From positions 11,532,001 through 11,596,000 of the forward strand of contig OZ024759.1 in assembly GCA_964016885.1 (NCBI GenBank): 64,000 bases of DNA, given 5' to 3'. The translations under genes and the position numbers were made by a program. The stretch's first letter is position 1. Every line of letters begins with the position of its first letter. This document shows, piece by piece, positions 1 to 13,245 of this stretch. Under the pieces are notes generated by a model, which searched no databases, was not told the DNA's origin, and saw only the letters and a list, made by a program, of their open reading frames with translations. Source of the stretch: Eledone cirrhosa (Eukaryota).

Positions 1-1665
1 GATAGGGAGTCAGTTATGTATTACCTCCAAGACATTGGTGGAGATAGGGAGTCAGTTATGTATTACCTCCAAGACATTGGTGTGATAGGGAGTCAGTTAT
101 GTATTACCTCCAAGACATTGGTGAGATAGGGAGTCAGTTATGTATTACCTCCAAGACATTGGTGAGATAGGGAGTCAGTTATGTATTACCTCCAAGACAT
201 TGGTGAGATAAGGAGTCAGTTATGTATTACCTCCAAGACATTGGTGAGATAAGGAGTCAGTTATGTATTACCTCCAAGACATTGGTGAGATAGGGAGTCA
301 GTTATATATTACCTCCAAGACATTGGTGAGATAGGGAGTCAGTTATGTATTACCTCCAAGACATTGGTGGAGATAGGGAGTCAGTTATGTATTACCTCCA
401 AGACATTGGTGTGATAGGGAGTCAGTTATGTATTACCTCCAAGACATTGGTGAGATAGGGAGTCAGTTATGTATTACCCCCAAGACATTGGTGAGATAGG
501 GAGTCAGTTATGTATTACCTCCAAGACATTGGTGGAGATAGGGAGTCAGTTATGTATTACCTCCAAGACATTGGTGAGATAGGGAGTCAGTTATATATTA
601 CCTCCAAGACATTGGTGAGATAGGGAGTCAGTTATGTATTACCTCCAAGACATTGGTGGAGATAGGGAGTGAGTTATATATTACCTCCAAGACATTGGTG
701 TGATAGGGAGTCAGTTATGTATTACCTCCAAGACATTGGTGGAGATAGAGAGTCAGTTATGTATTACCTCCAAGACATTGGTGTGATAGGGAGTCAGTTA
801 TGTATTACCTCCAAGACATTGGTGGAGATAGGGAGTCAGTTATGTATTACCTCCAAGACATTGGTGAGATAGGGAGTCAGTTATGTATTACCTCCAAGAC
901 ATTGGTGGAGATAGGGAGTGAGTTATATATTACCTCCAAGACATTGGTGTGATAGGGAGTCAGTTATGTATTACCTCCAAGACATTGGTGGAGATAGGGA
1001 GTCAGTTATGTATTACCTCCAAGACATTGGTGTGATAGGGAGTCAGTTATGTATTACCTCCAAGACATTGGTGAGATAGGGAGTCAGTTATGTATTACCC
1101 CCAAGACATTGGTGAGATAGGGAGTCAGTTATGTATTACCTCCAAGACATTGGTGGAGATAGGGAGTCAGTTATGTATTACCTCCAAGACATTGGTGGAG
1201 ATAGGGAGTCAGTTATGTATTACCTCCAAGACATTGGTGTGATAGGGAGTCAGTTATGTATTACCTCCAAGACATTGGTGGAGATAGGGAGTCAGTTATG
1301 TATTACCTCCAAGACATTGGTGTGATAGGGAGTCAGTTATGTATTACCTCCAAGACATTGGTGGAGATAGGGAGTCAGTTATGTATTACCTCCAAGACAT
1401 TGGTGAGATAGGGAGTCAGTTATGTATTACCCCCAAGACATTGGTGAGATAGGGAGTCAGTTATGTATTACCTCCAAGACATTGGTGGAGATAGGGAGTC
1501 AGTTATGTATTACCTCCAAGACATTGGTGAGATAGGGAGTCAGTTATGTATTACCCCCAAGACATTGGTGAGATAGGGAGTCAGTTATGTATTACCCCCA
1601 AGACATTGGTGAGATAGGGAGTCAGTTATGTATTACCCCCAAGACATTGGTGAGATAGGGAGTCA
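1..1665. repeat. Minisatellite, 41/42-bp unit (GATAGGGAGTCAGTTATGTATTACCTCCAAGACATTGGTG[G]A), ~40 copies, runs off the window start
   Basis: Directly visible near-perfect tandem units; ORFs 669..872 and 1131..1325 are repeat read-throughs. Confidence 0.97.
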
Positions 1666-2541
1666 ACATAATAAGTGTTGGTGAATTGGAAGTTCTCCTA
1701 AAGAGTAATACGAAGATTTGAAGTTATTCTCCAATTAAGATAAGATGAGGGTTTTAAGATCATTACCTCAGTAGAACATGAGACCATACATAAATGGGAT
1801 GACAGACCCCTGGCTTGTTGGGGAGATCAGTAGCCATTGCATCAGTATTGATATGGTCTAAGTAGACCCATCCAACCTATGTTTGCAGGGAAAGTGGATG
1901 TTAAAAGAATTATGATGACCTCACTATGTTATGGTCTCTTGGGATGATAACATTAACAATCTGTGATTCAGGCTTATTTCTGTGCATAGCCGCAATATCA
2001 GGCCTGCAGTCTGTGTCGATAGTGAAGTACCAAGTATTTTTATTATCTTTTACTTGAGTCATCCTCCTTCAATGGTGATGCATTCATTTTGCTTGTTTCT
2101 AATAGCTAGCACACCTGCAAACTCATAGATTTCTCTACTAACTTGAGCAGTTGTGTCAACCCGTTGTCAAATCAATAGTTGATCATCTGTGAAGCAACTG
2201 GTGTTTGCGACACTGAGGTCATCTAATTAAACCAATGATTATAGCATAGACTACTGCTTACTGTGAGACTAGAGGGAGAGTGTACTGTTTATTTAAGTCT
2301 TATTTGTCACATAACCATAATTTCCTGCAGGCTATACAATGTGGCTCACATCAAAACGTCATTGTAATTTACATATAAATATATTAGCTCTCTCTTTACC
2401 ATATTTCAAATGAAAGACGCTGTCTAGGATTTTTAAATAATTTTGAAAATAATGAAGATTTTGGTATTATTTTGTAAAATAATGAATTTTCTCATTATTT
2501 AGCTGGAATTTGAAACAGAATTTAACAAGAGATTCTTACAT

Positions 2542-2730
2542 ATAATTGTTTCTACTTTTGGCACAAGGCCAGCAATTACCCCAGTGTATTACTGGTACTT
2601 TATTTTATCGACCCTGTAAGGATGAAAGGCAAAGTTAACCTCGGCAGGATTTGAACTCAGACTGTAAAGAGCCGTAACTCTATGCTGCAAAGCATGGCAT
2701 CAAACCCTCTACCGATACTGCCAATCCACC
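2542..2730 (-). mobile_element. tRNA-derived SINE family A (Nin/Deu-like central domain), inserted in a decayed MITE (~2390-2820)
   Basis: Minus strand reads GGTGGATTGGCAGTATCGGTAG (A-box-like) ... GAGTTCAAATCC (B box) ... GCCTTTCATCCTTACAGGGTCGATAAAATAAAGTACCAG ... TAT tail; many near-identical copies in the window. Confidence 0.9.
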
Positions 2731-2954
2731 AAGATTTTAATACAAATATAAATACTTTAAAACAGTTTTGTAATGTAGAAAGTGAGGTAGTTTCAGGGTA
2801 TTTGGTGTGAAAGGTTTTAAAAACAAGTACATTAGGGTTATATAAACCTTATACATGTTTTATGTGAGTTATGTCTGATGTAGAGGAAATGTTGATATTA
2901 CAGGGTTGTCTATAGTTATAGTGAGCTTTGAATTAACTCTTCACAATACAGTTA

Positions 2955-3806
2955 TCACCATCATTATATCATCATCACCATCACCACCATCACCATCATC
3001 ACCACCATCATCACCATCATCATCACCATCATCATCATCATCATCATCACCATCACCACCATCATCACCATCATCATCACCATCATCATCATCATCATCA
3101 CCACCATCATCATCACCATCATCACCATCGTCACCATCACCATCGTCACCATCATCATCATCACCATCATCATCATCACCATCATCACCATCACCACCAT
3201 CATCACCACAACCATCACCACAACCAGCACCACAACCACCACCACCACCACCACCACCACCACCACCACCACCACCACTAACACCACCACCATCACCACC
3301 ACCACTAACACCACCACCACAACCAACACCACATCCACCACCACAACCACCACCACAACCAACACCACATCCACCACCACAACCACCACAACCACCACCA
3401 CCGCCACCACCACCACCACCACTAACACCACCACCACCACCATCACCACCACCACTAACAGCACCACCACAACCAACACCACATCCACCTACACCATCAC
3501 CACCACCACCTACACCATCACCACCACCACCGCTACCACCACTACCTACACCACCACCACCAACACCACCACCTACACCACCACCACCAACACCACCATC
3601 ACCACCACCACTAACACCACCACCACCACCATCACCACCACCACTAACACCACCACCACAACCAACACCACATCCACCTACACCATCACCACCACTACCT
3701 ACACCACCACCACCGCTACCACCACTACCTACACCACCACCACCAACACCACCACCTACACCACCACCACCAACACCACCATCACCACCACCACGACCAC
3801 CACCAC
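2955..3806. repeat. (CAT)n grading into (CAC/CAA)n trinucleotide low-complexity tract
   Basis: Directly visible; source of the poly-Ser/Pro, poly-Gly and poly-Val/Met ORFs. Confidence 0.95.
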
Positions 3807-3918
3807 TGTAATATAATACCAGTTCCACATGTTATATTTTCTTTTCATGTAGGAAATATTTTTCTCTTCAGTAATTCAATTTTAATTCTTTTATTTTTAT
3901 TTTTTTGTTTTGCTGCAG

Positions 3919-3927
3919 GATATGAAG
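3919..3927 (+). CDS. Candidate 9-nt microexon (GATATGAAG) of an unidentified host gene
   Basis: Long T-rich tract, TTTTGCTGCAG acceptor, 9 nt, then perfect GTAAGT donor; frame-preserving; in phase 1 its final G completes the Asp codon of the 16589 exon. Confidence 0.5.
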
Positions 3928-3967
3928 GTAAGTTGTTGTTGTTGTTTTTCTTTTTCTTTTCCTTTTT

Positions 3968-4061
3968 CTTATTTTTATTTTTATTTTTATTTTTATTTTT
4001 ATTTTTATTTTTATTTTTATTTTTATTTTTCTTCTTCTTCTTCTTCTTCTTCTTCTTCTTC
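3968..4061. repeat. (TTTTTA)n followed by (TTC)n microsatellites
   Basis: Directly visible. Confidence 0.95.
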
Positions 4062-4169
4062 TCCCACCCACTCTTCCTACATATATCTAGTGATACAGTT
4101 ACTGTTGTTCCTATAATAATTTAACAATTGTTCTTACATAAAATTACAATGAGAGGTTTTTGGAAATCA

Positions 4170-5522
4170 TAAACAATGTCCTTCATTAGAAGTATGGTAA
4201 TGAAAGGGTTAATGACATAGACAGTGTCTTTCATTAGAAATATGGTAATGAAAGGGTTAATGACATGGACAGTGTCTTTCATTAGAAATATGGTAATGAA
4301 AGGGTTAATGACATAGACAGTGTCTTTCATTAGAAATATAGTAATGAAAGGGTTAATGACATAGACAGTGTCTTTCATTAGAAATATGGTAATGGAAGGG
4401 TTAATGACATAGTGTCTTTCATTAGAAATATGGTAATGAAAGGGTTAATGACATAGACAGTGTCTTTCATTAGAAATATGGTAATGAAAGGGTTAATGAC
4501 ATAGACAGTGTCTTTCATTAGAAATATGGTAATGAAAGGGTTAATGACATAGACAGTGTCTTTCATTAGAAATATGGTAATGAAAGGGTTAATGACATAG
4601 ACAGTGTCTTTCATTAGAAATATGGTAATCAAAAGTTTAATGACATAGATAGTGTCTTTCATTAGAAATATGGTAATGGAAGGGTTAATGACATAGACAC
4701 TGTCTTTCATTAGAAATATGCTAATGAAAGGGTTAATGACATAGAGAGTGTCTTTCATTAGAAATATGGTAATGAAAGGGTTAATGACATTGTCTTTCAT
4801 TAGAAATATGGTAATGAAAGGGTTAATGACATAGTGTCTTTCATTAGAAATATGGTAATGAAAGGGTTAATGACATAGACAGTGTCTTTCCTTAGAAATA
4901 TGGAAATGAAAGGGTTAATGACATAGGTAGTGTCTTTCATTACAAATATGGTAATGAAAGGGTTAATGACATAGACATTGTATTTCATTAGAAATATGGT
5001 AATGAAAGGGTTAAAGACATAGACAGTGTCTTTCATTAGAAATATGGTAATGAAAGGGTTAATGTCATAGACAGTGTCTTTCATTAGAAATATGGTAATG
5101 AAAGGGTTAAAGACATAGACATGGTAATGAAAGGGTTAATGACATAGACAGTGTCTTTCATTAGAAATATGGTAATGAAAGGATTAATGACATAGACATT
5201 GTCTTTCATTAGAAATATGGTAATGAAAGGGTTAATGACATAGACATTGTCTTTCATTAGAAATATGGTAATGAAAGGGTTAATGACATAGACAGTGTCT
5301 TTCATTAGAAATATGGTAATGAAAGGGTTAATGACATAGACAGTGTCTTTCATTAGAAATATGGTAATGCAAGGCTTAAAGACATAGACAGTGTCTTTCA
5401 TTAGAACTACGGTAATGAAAGGGTTAATGACATAGACAGTGTCTTTCATTAGAAATATGATAATGAAAGGGTTAATGACATAGACAGTGTTTTTCATTAG
5501 AAATATAGTAACAAAATGGTTA
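4170..5522 (-). repeat. 48-bp minisatellite (~28 copies) built from the terminus of a TTAA/piggyBac-like MITE
   Basis: Reverse complement of the unit is TTAACCCTTTCATTACCATATTTCTAATGAAAGACACTGTCTATGTCA, matching MITE-end sequences at ~2395-2430 and 29298-29322. Confidence 0.85.
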
Positions 5523-6185
5523 AAACAGTCAGTTTTGCATCATTGAACCAGAGATGGTTTTAGGCAGTTTGCTCTCAAAAGGTTTCAAGATATAACTTGC
5601 TGATGGTATAAACAGTAAAGAGAACTAGAACCTGTAAAGTAGGTATTGCCAGATTTAAATTGAGACCAGGTGTGTGCCAATTATCTCGTTAGTCCAGTGC
5701 TACACTAATGATCTTACCTTTTATTGTTAAACTATTTCAAATTGTTAAATTAAGAAGAATAACAAGAATCTGATATTTTACCTAATAATCACCATTATAG
5801 TATTTTCAGTGTTATAGTTATAATATTAGGTGGCAAATTGGCAGAGTTGTTCATATGTCAGTTAGTTATACCCCTGCTAGCGTGGAAGGTGGACGTTAAA
5901 TGATGTTGATGATGATGATGATGATGATGTTGATGATGATGAATGTTCTACTGTATTTATTCTGACACTCTGAAAAATGAGTTCCAATCTCATGGAGGTC
6001 AACTTTGTCTTTCATCCATTCGAGATTGATAACTAAAGTACCAGTCATATACTGGGGTTGATTCTTCTTCTATATCTCTTACTCACTCCATTTCTATAAC
6101 TGTCTTTCTTTGTCCTTCTCTGGAAGAAATTATCTGTATTCAGACCTGGAGACTGATCTGGCTCCACCAGGTTTAAAATCCTGCC

Positions 6186-7095
6186 CAAGACATGCTGTAT
6201 GTCACCAAGACACGCTGTATGTCACCAAGACACGCTGTATGTCACCAAGACACGCTGTGTGTCACCAAGACATGCTGTATGTCACCAAGACACGCTGTAT
6301 GTCACCAAGACACGCTGTGTGTCACCAAGACACGCTGTGTGTCACAAAGACACACTGTATGTTACCAAGACACGCTGTATGTCACCAAGACACGCTGTGT
6401 GTCACCAAGACACGCTGTGTGTCACCAAGACACGCTGTGTGTCACCAAGACACGCTGTATGTCACCAAGACACGCTGTGTGTCACCAAGACACGCTGTAT
6501 GTCACCAAGACACGTTGTATGTCACCAAGACACGCTGTATGTCACCAAGACATGCTGTATGTCACCAAGACACGCTGTGTGTCACCAAGACATGCTGTAT
6601 GTCACCAAGACACGCTGTGTGTCACCAAGACATGCTGTATGTCACCAAGACACGCTGTGTGTCACCAAGACACGCTGTATGTCACCAAGACACGCTATAT
6701 GTCACCAAGACATACTGTATATCTCCAAGACTCGCTGTATGTCACCAAGACACGTTGTATGTCACCAAGACACGCTGTATGTCACCAAGACACGCTGTGT
6801 GTCACCAAGACATGCTGTATGTCACCAAGACACGCTGTGTGTCACCAAGACATGCTGTATGTCACCAAGACACGCTGTGTGTCACCAAGACATGCTGTAT
6901 GTCACCAAGACACGCTGTGTGTCACCAAGACACGCTGTATGTCACCAAGACACGCTGTATGTCACCAAGACACGCTGTGTGTCACCAAGACATGCTGTAT
7001 GTCACCAAGACACGCTGTGTGTCACCAAGACACGCTGTATGTCACCAAGACACGCTGTGTGTCACCAAGACATGCTGTATGTCACCAAGACATGC
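6186..7095. repeat. 20-bp minisatellite (GTCACCAAGACAYGCTGTRT), ~45 copies
   Basis: Directly visible; open in all three + frames because the unit lacks stop codons. Confidence 0.97.
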
Positions 7096-8107
7096 TTCTG
7101 ATGGAGTCGCTGTTACATACAGCATTCCCGGGGCATTTTAAGCCTAGTGGAGCCCAACCCTCTCCAGGCCTGAGTACAGAAAATGAAAGAGAGAGGAAGT
7201 GAGAAAGAGATATAGGGGAAGAATCGAACCCAGTACTTGACTGGTATTTTTCTTTTTTTTATCAACCTCGAAAGGATGAAAGGCAAAATTGATTTCAGCA
7301 GGATTTGAACCCAGAGTACTGGATTAAATACAACAAGGCACTTTATCTGACCTTCTCACAACTTTGCCAATTTGATGCCTGCTTTAAATTTTAGGAGAGG
7401 ATAAACATTTGGCTAAAAATAGTTTTTTTTTTTTTTGTAAAATGACATCAGTAAGTTTACACATTGGTATATCGAGCCTGATCACTGTCTAAATCACTCT
7501 AACTTGTATCAATGCTTTTATCTAGTTCGTTCATTATCTGAACATTTACCCACCCACCCTTCTCTCCCCTCCCCTCCATCCCCTCCATCACTCCCCTCCC
7601 CTCCATCCCCTCCATCACACAGCCATTCTTTCTGGTCATGTGACTTCACTCACTTTTGTCTCATTCTTTAGTTAATATCTATAAAAAGCCATTTTGTTTG
7701 TTTCTTTTCCCCCCTCATCCCTCCTCCTCCTACTTCTCCCCCTCCTCCTCCTCGCTCTCCCCACCCCTCCTCCTCGCTCTCCCCACCCCTCCTCCTCGCT
7801 CTCCCCACCCCTCCTTCTCCACATCCTCCTCCTCCTTCTTCAAACAAAAGTTATTGAAAGAAAAAACAGTATAATTTATTTTTCAATTTTAATAAATCTC
7901 TTTTGAAAAATTAGACATTGTCGAAGGTTCTTTAATATAAAACAAGTAGCAATACTTTCCTGTATATCAGGGAAGAAGAATAGACAAAAACTATAATAAT
8001 AAATAAATTGAATTGTCTTGATTAGTTCTCTTGAAACTGCAGTTGTTATTATTATTGTTATTGATATTCTTGGAGTCTCAGTCATTGATGTTATTTAACT
8101 GGAAAGT

Positions 8108-8290
8108 GCGGTGGATTGGCAGTATCGGTAGAGGGTCGGACACCATGCTTTCCAGCATAGTTACGTCCCTTTGCGGTCTGAGTTCAAATCCCGCTGAGGT
8201 TAACTTTGCCTTTCATCCTTACGGGGTCGATAAAATAAAGTACCAGTAATGCACTGGGTAATTGCTGGCCTTGTGCCAAAAGTAGAAACA
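8108..8290 (+). mobile_element. SINE family A with 18-bp target-site duplication
   Basis: GTTATTTAACTGGAAAGT at 8090-8107 and 8291-8308 flanks a full copy with A and B boxes. Confidence 0.93.
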
Positions 8291-8402
8291 GTTATTTAAC
8301 TGGAAAGTTTGTTGAAATGAACATCAAGCCACTACCTGCAGCCTCAGACATTCAGGACGTATCGGAGGGTTCTTGCTGTTCCCAGCAAGCATAATAATAA
8401 TA

Positions 8403-8588
8403 TAATTGTTTCTACTTTAGGCCCAAGGCCAGCAATTACCCAGTACATTACTGGTACTTTATTTTATCGACCCCGTAAGGATGAAAGGCAAAGTTAATCT
8501 CGGCGGGATTTGAACTCAAACCGTAAAGGGACGTAACTATGCTAGAAAGCATGGCGTCCAACCCTCTACTGATACTGCCAATTCACCA
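8403..8588 (-). mobile_element. SINE family A
   Basis: Same sequence as other copies; flanked by direct repeat CAAGCATAATAATA. Confidence 0.9.
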
Positions 8589-9454
8589 CAAGCATAATAA
8601 TATAATATAATAATATAATAATAATGAAATATTGTGTACAGTGCTCAGGTGCACTACAACTCATCAAAAAGTGTATGTATAGTACACAGGGTAATGTACA
8701 AACGTCAGGAAAATGAACAGTGCATGAGTCATGATATACACGTGTGCATGTGTATGGAAGGGGTACATCAGGTGTAGTTTTGGAGTGTTCCAAAAAAGGG
8801 GGCTGGACTAATCTTCTTTAAACCATCCTTGGGAACTCTTTGAGATAGTACCTAGTGCTTCTATGACAATTGAGACGACCTTGATTTCATGACAGTTCCA
8901 AACCCTTTTTACCTCTCACTTTAAGTCCTGGTATGAGATAGTACCTAGTGCTTCTATGACAATTGAGACGACCTTGATTTCATGACAGTTCCAAACCCTT
9001 TTTACCTCTCACTTTAAGTCCTGGTATGAGATAGTACCTAGTGCTTCTATGACAATTGAGACGACCTTGATTTCATGACAGTTCCAAACCCTTTTTAACT
9101 CCCACTTTAAGTCCTGGTATCGGTTAATTTTCTCCCTCTCCTTTTCTTGCACTCTTGTGTCAAAGGGTCAGGCTACATCTACTATCAGGCACGATCTTTT
9201 TTCCTTGTCCAAAACCACCAGGTCAGGCCTACTGTGTTCTAATTTCTTGTCTGTCTATATCCTGAAATCCCAGGATTTTCAGAAACTGTTCAGACTCGAT
9301 ATTACACCAATGTGTAAACCTACTGATGTCATTTTACCAAAAAAGAAACAATTTTTAGCCAAACGTTTATCCTCTCCTAAAATTATTATCATCATTATTA
9401 TTATGTTTATATATATATATTTTTTTCTATGTCTTTTTTTCTTTTTTATATAAA

Positions 9455-9550
9455 TAATAAAAATCTTTACACGCACAAAACCCACATCGTACCTTCCTGT
9501 GCAGTCTGTAATGTTTTTCTTGATGTCAGCCCTTGTGGCCAATAAAGAAA
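9455..9550 (+). mobile_element. 3' tail of the Tx1-like LINE (other copies at 16740-16820 +, 20915-21010 +, 39440-39690 -, 40090-40240 -)
   Basis: ...GATGTCAGCCCTTGTGGCCAATAAAGAAAT is the same as the end of the 18.4-21.0 kb LINE. Confidence 0.7.
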
Positions 9551-9569
9551 TCATTATTATTATTATTAA

Positions 9570-9810
9570 GGGCGGTGGATTGGCAGTATCGGTAGGGGTC
9601 ATCGGTAGGGGTCAGACGTCATGCTTTGATGCATAGAATTACGGCCCTTTCCATTCTCAGTTCAAATCCCGCCGAGGTCAACTTTGCCTTTCATCATTAT
9701 GGGGTCGATAAAATAAAGTACCAGTCACACACTGGGGTGGATTTAATCGAATTTCTCCCCCCCCCCCCCAAAAAAAAAATTACTGGCTTTGTGCCTATAT
9801 AAGAAAACAT
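9570..9810 (+). mobile_element. SINE family A (long-tail variant)
   Basis: A box, B box (GTTCAAATCC), central domain and (TAT)n tail. Confidence 0.88.
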
Positions 9811-10396
9811 TATTATTATTGTTATTATTATTGTTGTTGTTATTATTAGTTCTGCTATCAAATTTAGTCGTTCATTTAGAAGTTGCTGAGGTATTTTCTT
9901 TTTAAGAAGTAATCAACCAGATTATTAACAGATTTTGGTTAAAAGGAGAACATTGCTTTCTTGTAATTCTCCTCTACTTCTTATCTTTTCTTTCAATTCA
10001 TTCTGTTTTTCATTTTTATTTATCTATATTTTATGTTTCATTTTTTTATTTTATTTTATCCCATTTTTTATTTTTATTTTTATTTATCTATATTTTTATG
10101 TTTTCTTTTTATTCATTTATCTATATATATTTTATTTTATTTTATTCCATTTTTTAAATTTATCTATATATAATTCTTTTTCTTTATTTTCGTTTTGTTT
10201 TACTGTAACATGTCTATTGGGAATTAAAATAACCATTTAACTACATTATCTGAATGAAATTTCTTTGATGCTTTCAATGGGAAAAGAGAGAACATTCTGT
10301 TGATAAGGAAACTGGAAAGAGAGGAAAGGAAATAATGTCAGACGGCTAACCTTCCATAAGAAAAAATTATAAACAGTGAATTAGTATTTTTTCTAG

Positions 10397-10700
10397 CAAT
10401 ATGTAGTTATATCAACTCTCTCTCTCTCTCTCTCTCTCAATATGTAGTTATATCAAGTCTCTCTCTCTCTCTCTCTCTCTCTCAATATGTAGTTATATCA
10501 AGTCTCTCTCTCTCAATATGTAGTTATATCAACTCTCTCTCTCTCTCTCTCTCTCAATATGTAGTTATATCAACTCTCTCTCTCTCTCTCTCTCTCTCTC
10601 AATATGTAGTTATATCAAGTCTCTCTCTCTCAATATGTAGTTATATCAACTCTCTCTCTCTCTCTCAATATGTAGTTATATCAACTCTCTCTCTCTAGCA
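10397..10700. repeat. Compound repeat CAATATGTAGTTATATCAA(CT)n, ~8-9 copies with variable CT length
   Basis: Directly visible. Confidence 0.93.
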
Positions 10701-10714
10701 ATATATAGTTTCAT

Positions 10715-10718
<4 letters not shown>

Positions 10719-10797
<79 letters not shown>

Positions 10798-10893
10798 TAT
10801 ATATATACACACGCATATATATATATACATATATATGTGTATATATCTCTATATATTCATTTCTTTTCTCTCTCTCGCAATATGTATTTTCAC

Positions 10894-10928
<35 letters not shown>

Positions 10929-11016
10929 TTTATATATATGTGTATATATATATGTTTATACATATTTATATATATGTATATATATATATGTATATGTATA
11001 TGTATATATATATATG

Positions 11017-11073
<57 letters not shown>

Positions 11074-11098
11074 GTATATGTATATATATATGTATACG

Positions 11099-11172
<74 letters not shown>

Positions 11173-11191
11173 TGTATAATATATATATATG

Positions 11192-11236
<45 letters not shown>

Positions 11237-11577
11237 GTATATATATATATTTATATAAATATAAGTATATATTTATATATATATGTATATATATTTATAT
11301 ATATATGTATATATATATATACATATATATATGTATATATATACATATATATATTTATATATATATGTATATATGTATATATTTATATATATGTATATAT
11401 ATATGTATATATATATTTATATATATGTATATATATATACATATATTCCAAACCCATGCAAGCGTGGAACATGGATGTTAAACGATGATGATGATGATGA
11501 TATATATATATACATATATATATACATATATATATATATATACATATATACATATATATATATATATACATATATAC

Positions 11578-11609
<32 letters not shown>

Positions 11610-11672
11610 ATATATACATATATATATATACATATATACATATATATATACATATATACATATATATATATA
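10719..11672. repeat. (CT)n and degenerate (TA)n/(TATG)n microsatellite field
   Basis: Directly visible; all YI-rich ORFs here are artefacts. Confidence 0.95.
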
Positions 11673-11884
11673 TCATTTCTCTCACCCACCCACCCCATTT
11701 CTCCTCCCCCACCTCTCACAAAGCAACAAATGAAGAGATATAAAGATGCTACAAAACAGATATTGTTAAAGCTTTGTTGTCTGTCAGTGATTTAATATAT
11801 GAATAATTTACTTAATTGAAAGTAGGAATCAAAGATTGTAATTTCATTACATTCTTCTGGCTGAAGATAAAGATAAAATATGGT

Positions 11885-12745
11885 GTCTGGGGGTGGGGAT
11901 AGAAGGAGGAGTATGTCTGGGGGGTGGGGATAGAAGGGGGGTATGTCTGGGGGTTGGGATAGAAGGAGGGGTATGTCTGGGGGTGGGGATAGAAGGAGGG
12001 GTATGTCTGGGGGTTGGGATAGAAGGAGAGGTATGTCTGGGGGTTGGGATAGGAGGGGTATGTCTGGGGGTGGGGATAGAAGGAGGGGTATGTCTGGGGG
12101 TGGGGATAGAAGGAGGGGTATGTCTGGGGGTGGGGATAGAAGGGGTATGTCTGGGGGTTGGGATAGGAGAGGTATGTCTGGGGGTGGGGATAGAAGGAGG
12201 GGTATGTCTGGGGGTGGGGATAGAAGGAGGGGTATGTCTGGGGCTGGGATAGGAGGGGTATGTCTGGGGGTTGGGATAGAAGGAGGGGTATGTCTGGGGG
12301 TGGGGATAGAAGGAGGGGTATGTCTGGGGGTGGGGATAGAAGGAGGGGTATGTCTGGGGGTTGGGATAGAAGTAGGGGTATGTCTGGGGGTTGGGATAGA
12401 AGGAGAGGTATGTCTGGGGGTTGGGATAGAAGGAGGGGTATGTCTGGGGGTTGGGATAGAGGGAGGGGTATGTCTGGGAGTGGGGATAGAAGGAGGGGTA
12501 TGTCTGGGGGTTGGGATAGAAGGAGGGGTATGTCTGGGGTTGGGATAGAAGGAGAGGTATGTCTGGGGGTGGGGATAGAAGGAGGGGTATGTCTGGGGGT
12601 TGGGATAGAAGGAGGGGTATGTCTGGGGTTGGGATAGAAGGAGGGGTATGTCTGGGGTTGGGATAGAAGGAGGGGTATGTCTGGGGGTTGGGATAGGAGG
12701 GGTATGTCTGGGGGTTGGGATAGAATGAGGGGTATATCTGGGGTT
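11885..12745 (+). repeat. G-rich ~30-bp minisatellite (GGTATGTCTGGGGGTGGGGATAGAAGGAGG), ~29 copies
   Basis: Directly visible; three G>=3 runs per unit on the + strand. Confidence 0.95.
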
Positions 12746-12819
12746 TAACCAAATTGTACTTTTAATAATTTTGAGCATATTTCTCACCTGCCTCCTCCCC
12801 TCTCTGTGTGTATACATAT

Positions 12820-13173
12820 CATCATCATCATCATCAGCATCATCATTTCATTTTACGTCCACTTTTCCCTGCTTGCAAGGGTGGGACGGGAACTGATTCT
12901 GGCTTGATTTCTACAGCTGGATGCCCTTCCTAACACCAACCTCATTTACAGTGAGTGCTGGGTGCTTTTTTTTGCCGTGGCACCTCCACGACCACTTTGC
13001 AGTGGAATGATAGGGACCCCAGTCCCTATCATCTCATTTCTACAGCTGAGTAAACTGGAGCACTGTGAAATAAAGTGTCTTGCTCAAGGAAACAACACAT
13101 CACCCGGTCTGAGAATTGAACTCACAACCTTTCGATTGCAAGGCCAATGCTCTAACTACTAAGCCATGTGCCT

Positions 13174-13175
<2 letters not shown>
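12820..13175 (-). mobile_element. tRNA-derived SINE family B (CORE-like domain, GGAAGGGCATCCAGCTGTAGAAA segment, (GAT)n tail)
   Basis: Minus strand reads GGCACATGGCTTAGTAGTTAG (A box) ... GAGTTCAATTCTC (B box) ... TCCTTGAGCAAGACACTTTATTTCAC ... CTCAGCTGTAGAAATGAG; near-identical copies at 22955-23295 and 23695-24082. Confidence 0.88.

Positions 13176-13245
<70 letters not shown>

Larger units (their letters stand above)
8066..9275 (-). mobile_element. R4/Dong-like non-LTR retrotransposon 3' fragment (REL endonuclease C-terminus plus 3' UTR), interrupted by two SINEs and another insert, with an internal 3x93-bp duplication
   Basis: Minus strand encodes RPDLVVLDKEKRSCLIVDVA..FDTRVQEKEREKINRYQDLKWE; 3' UTR matches the + strand copy at 36285-36360. 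Confidence 0.8.

Noticed and set aside
2906-3828. Extensin/formin-like Pro-rich or Gly-rich protein
   Set aside because: Trinucleotide microsatellite open in several frames on both strands, with no flanking coding signal.
6110-7202. Cys/His-rich metal-binding repeat protein
   Set aside because: 20-bp unit cycles through all three frames; a minisatellite artefact.
8108-8200. tRNA genes (A/B boxes here and in many other copies)
   Set aside because: No full cloverleaf evident; always attached to SINE bodies, often with TSDs.
10715-11795. Numerous YI/CV-rich ORFs (also at 27.8-28.6, 30.9-32.3, 37.6-38.0, 47.2-47.7 and 63.5-64.0 kb)
   Set aside because: Dinucleotide microsatellite translations.
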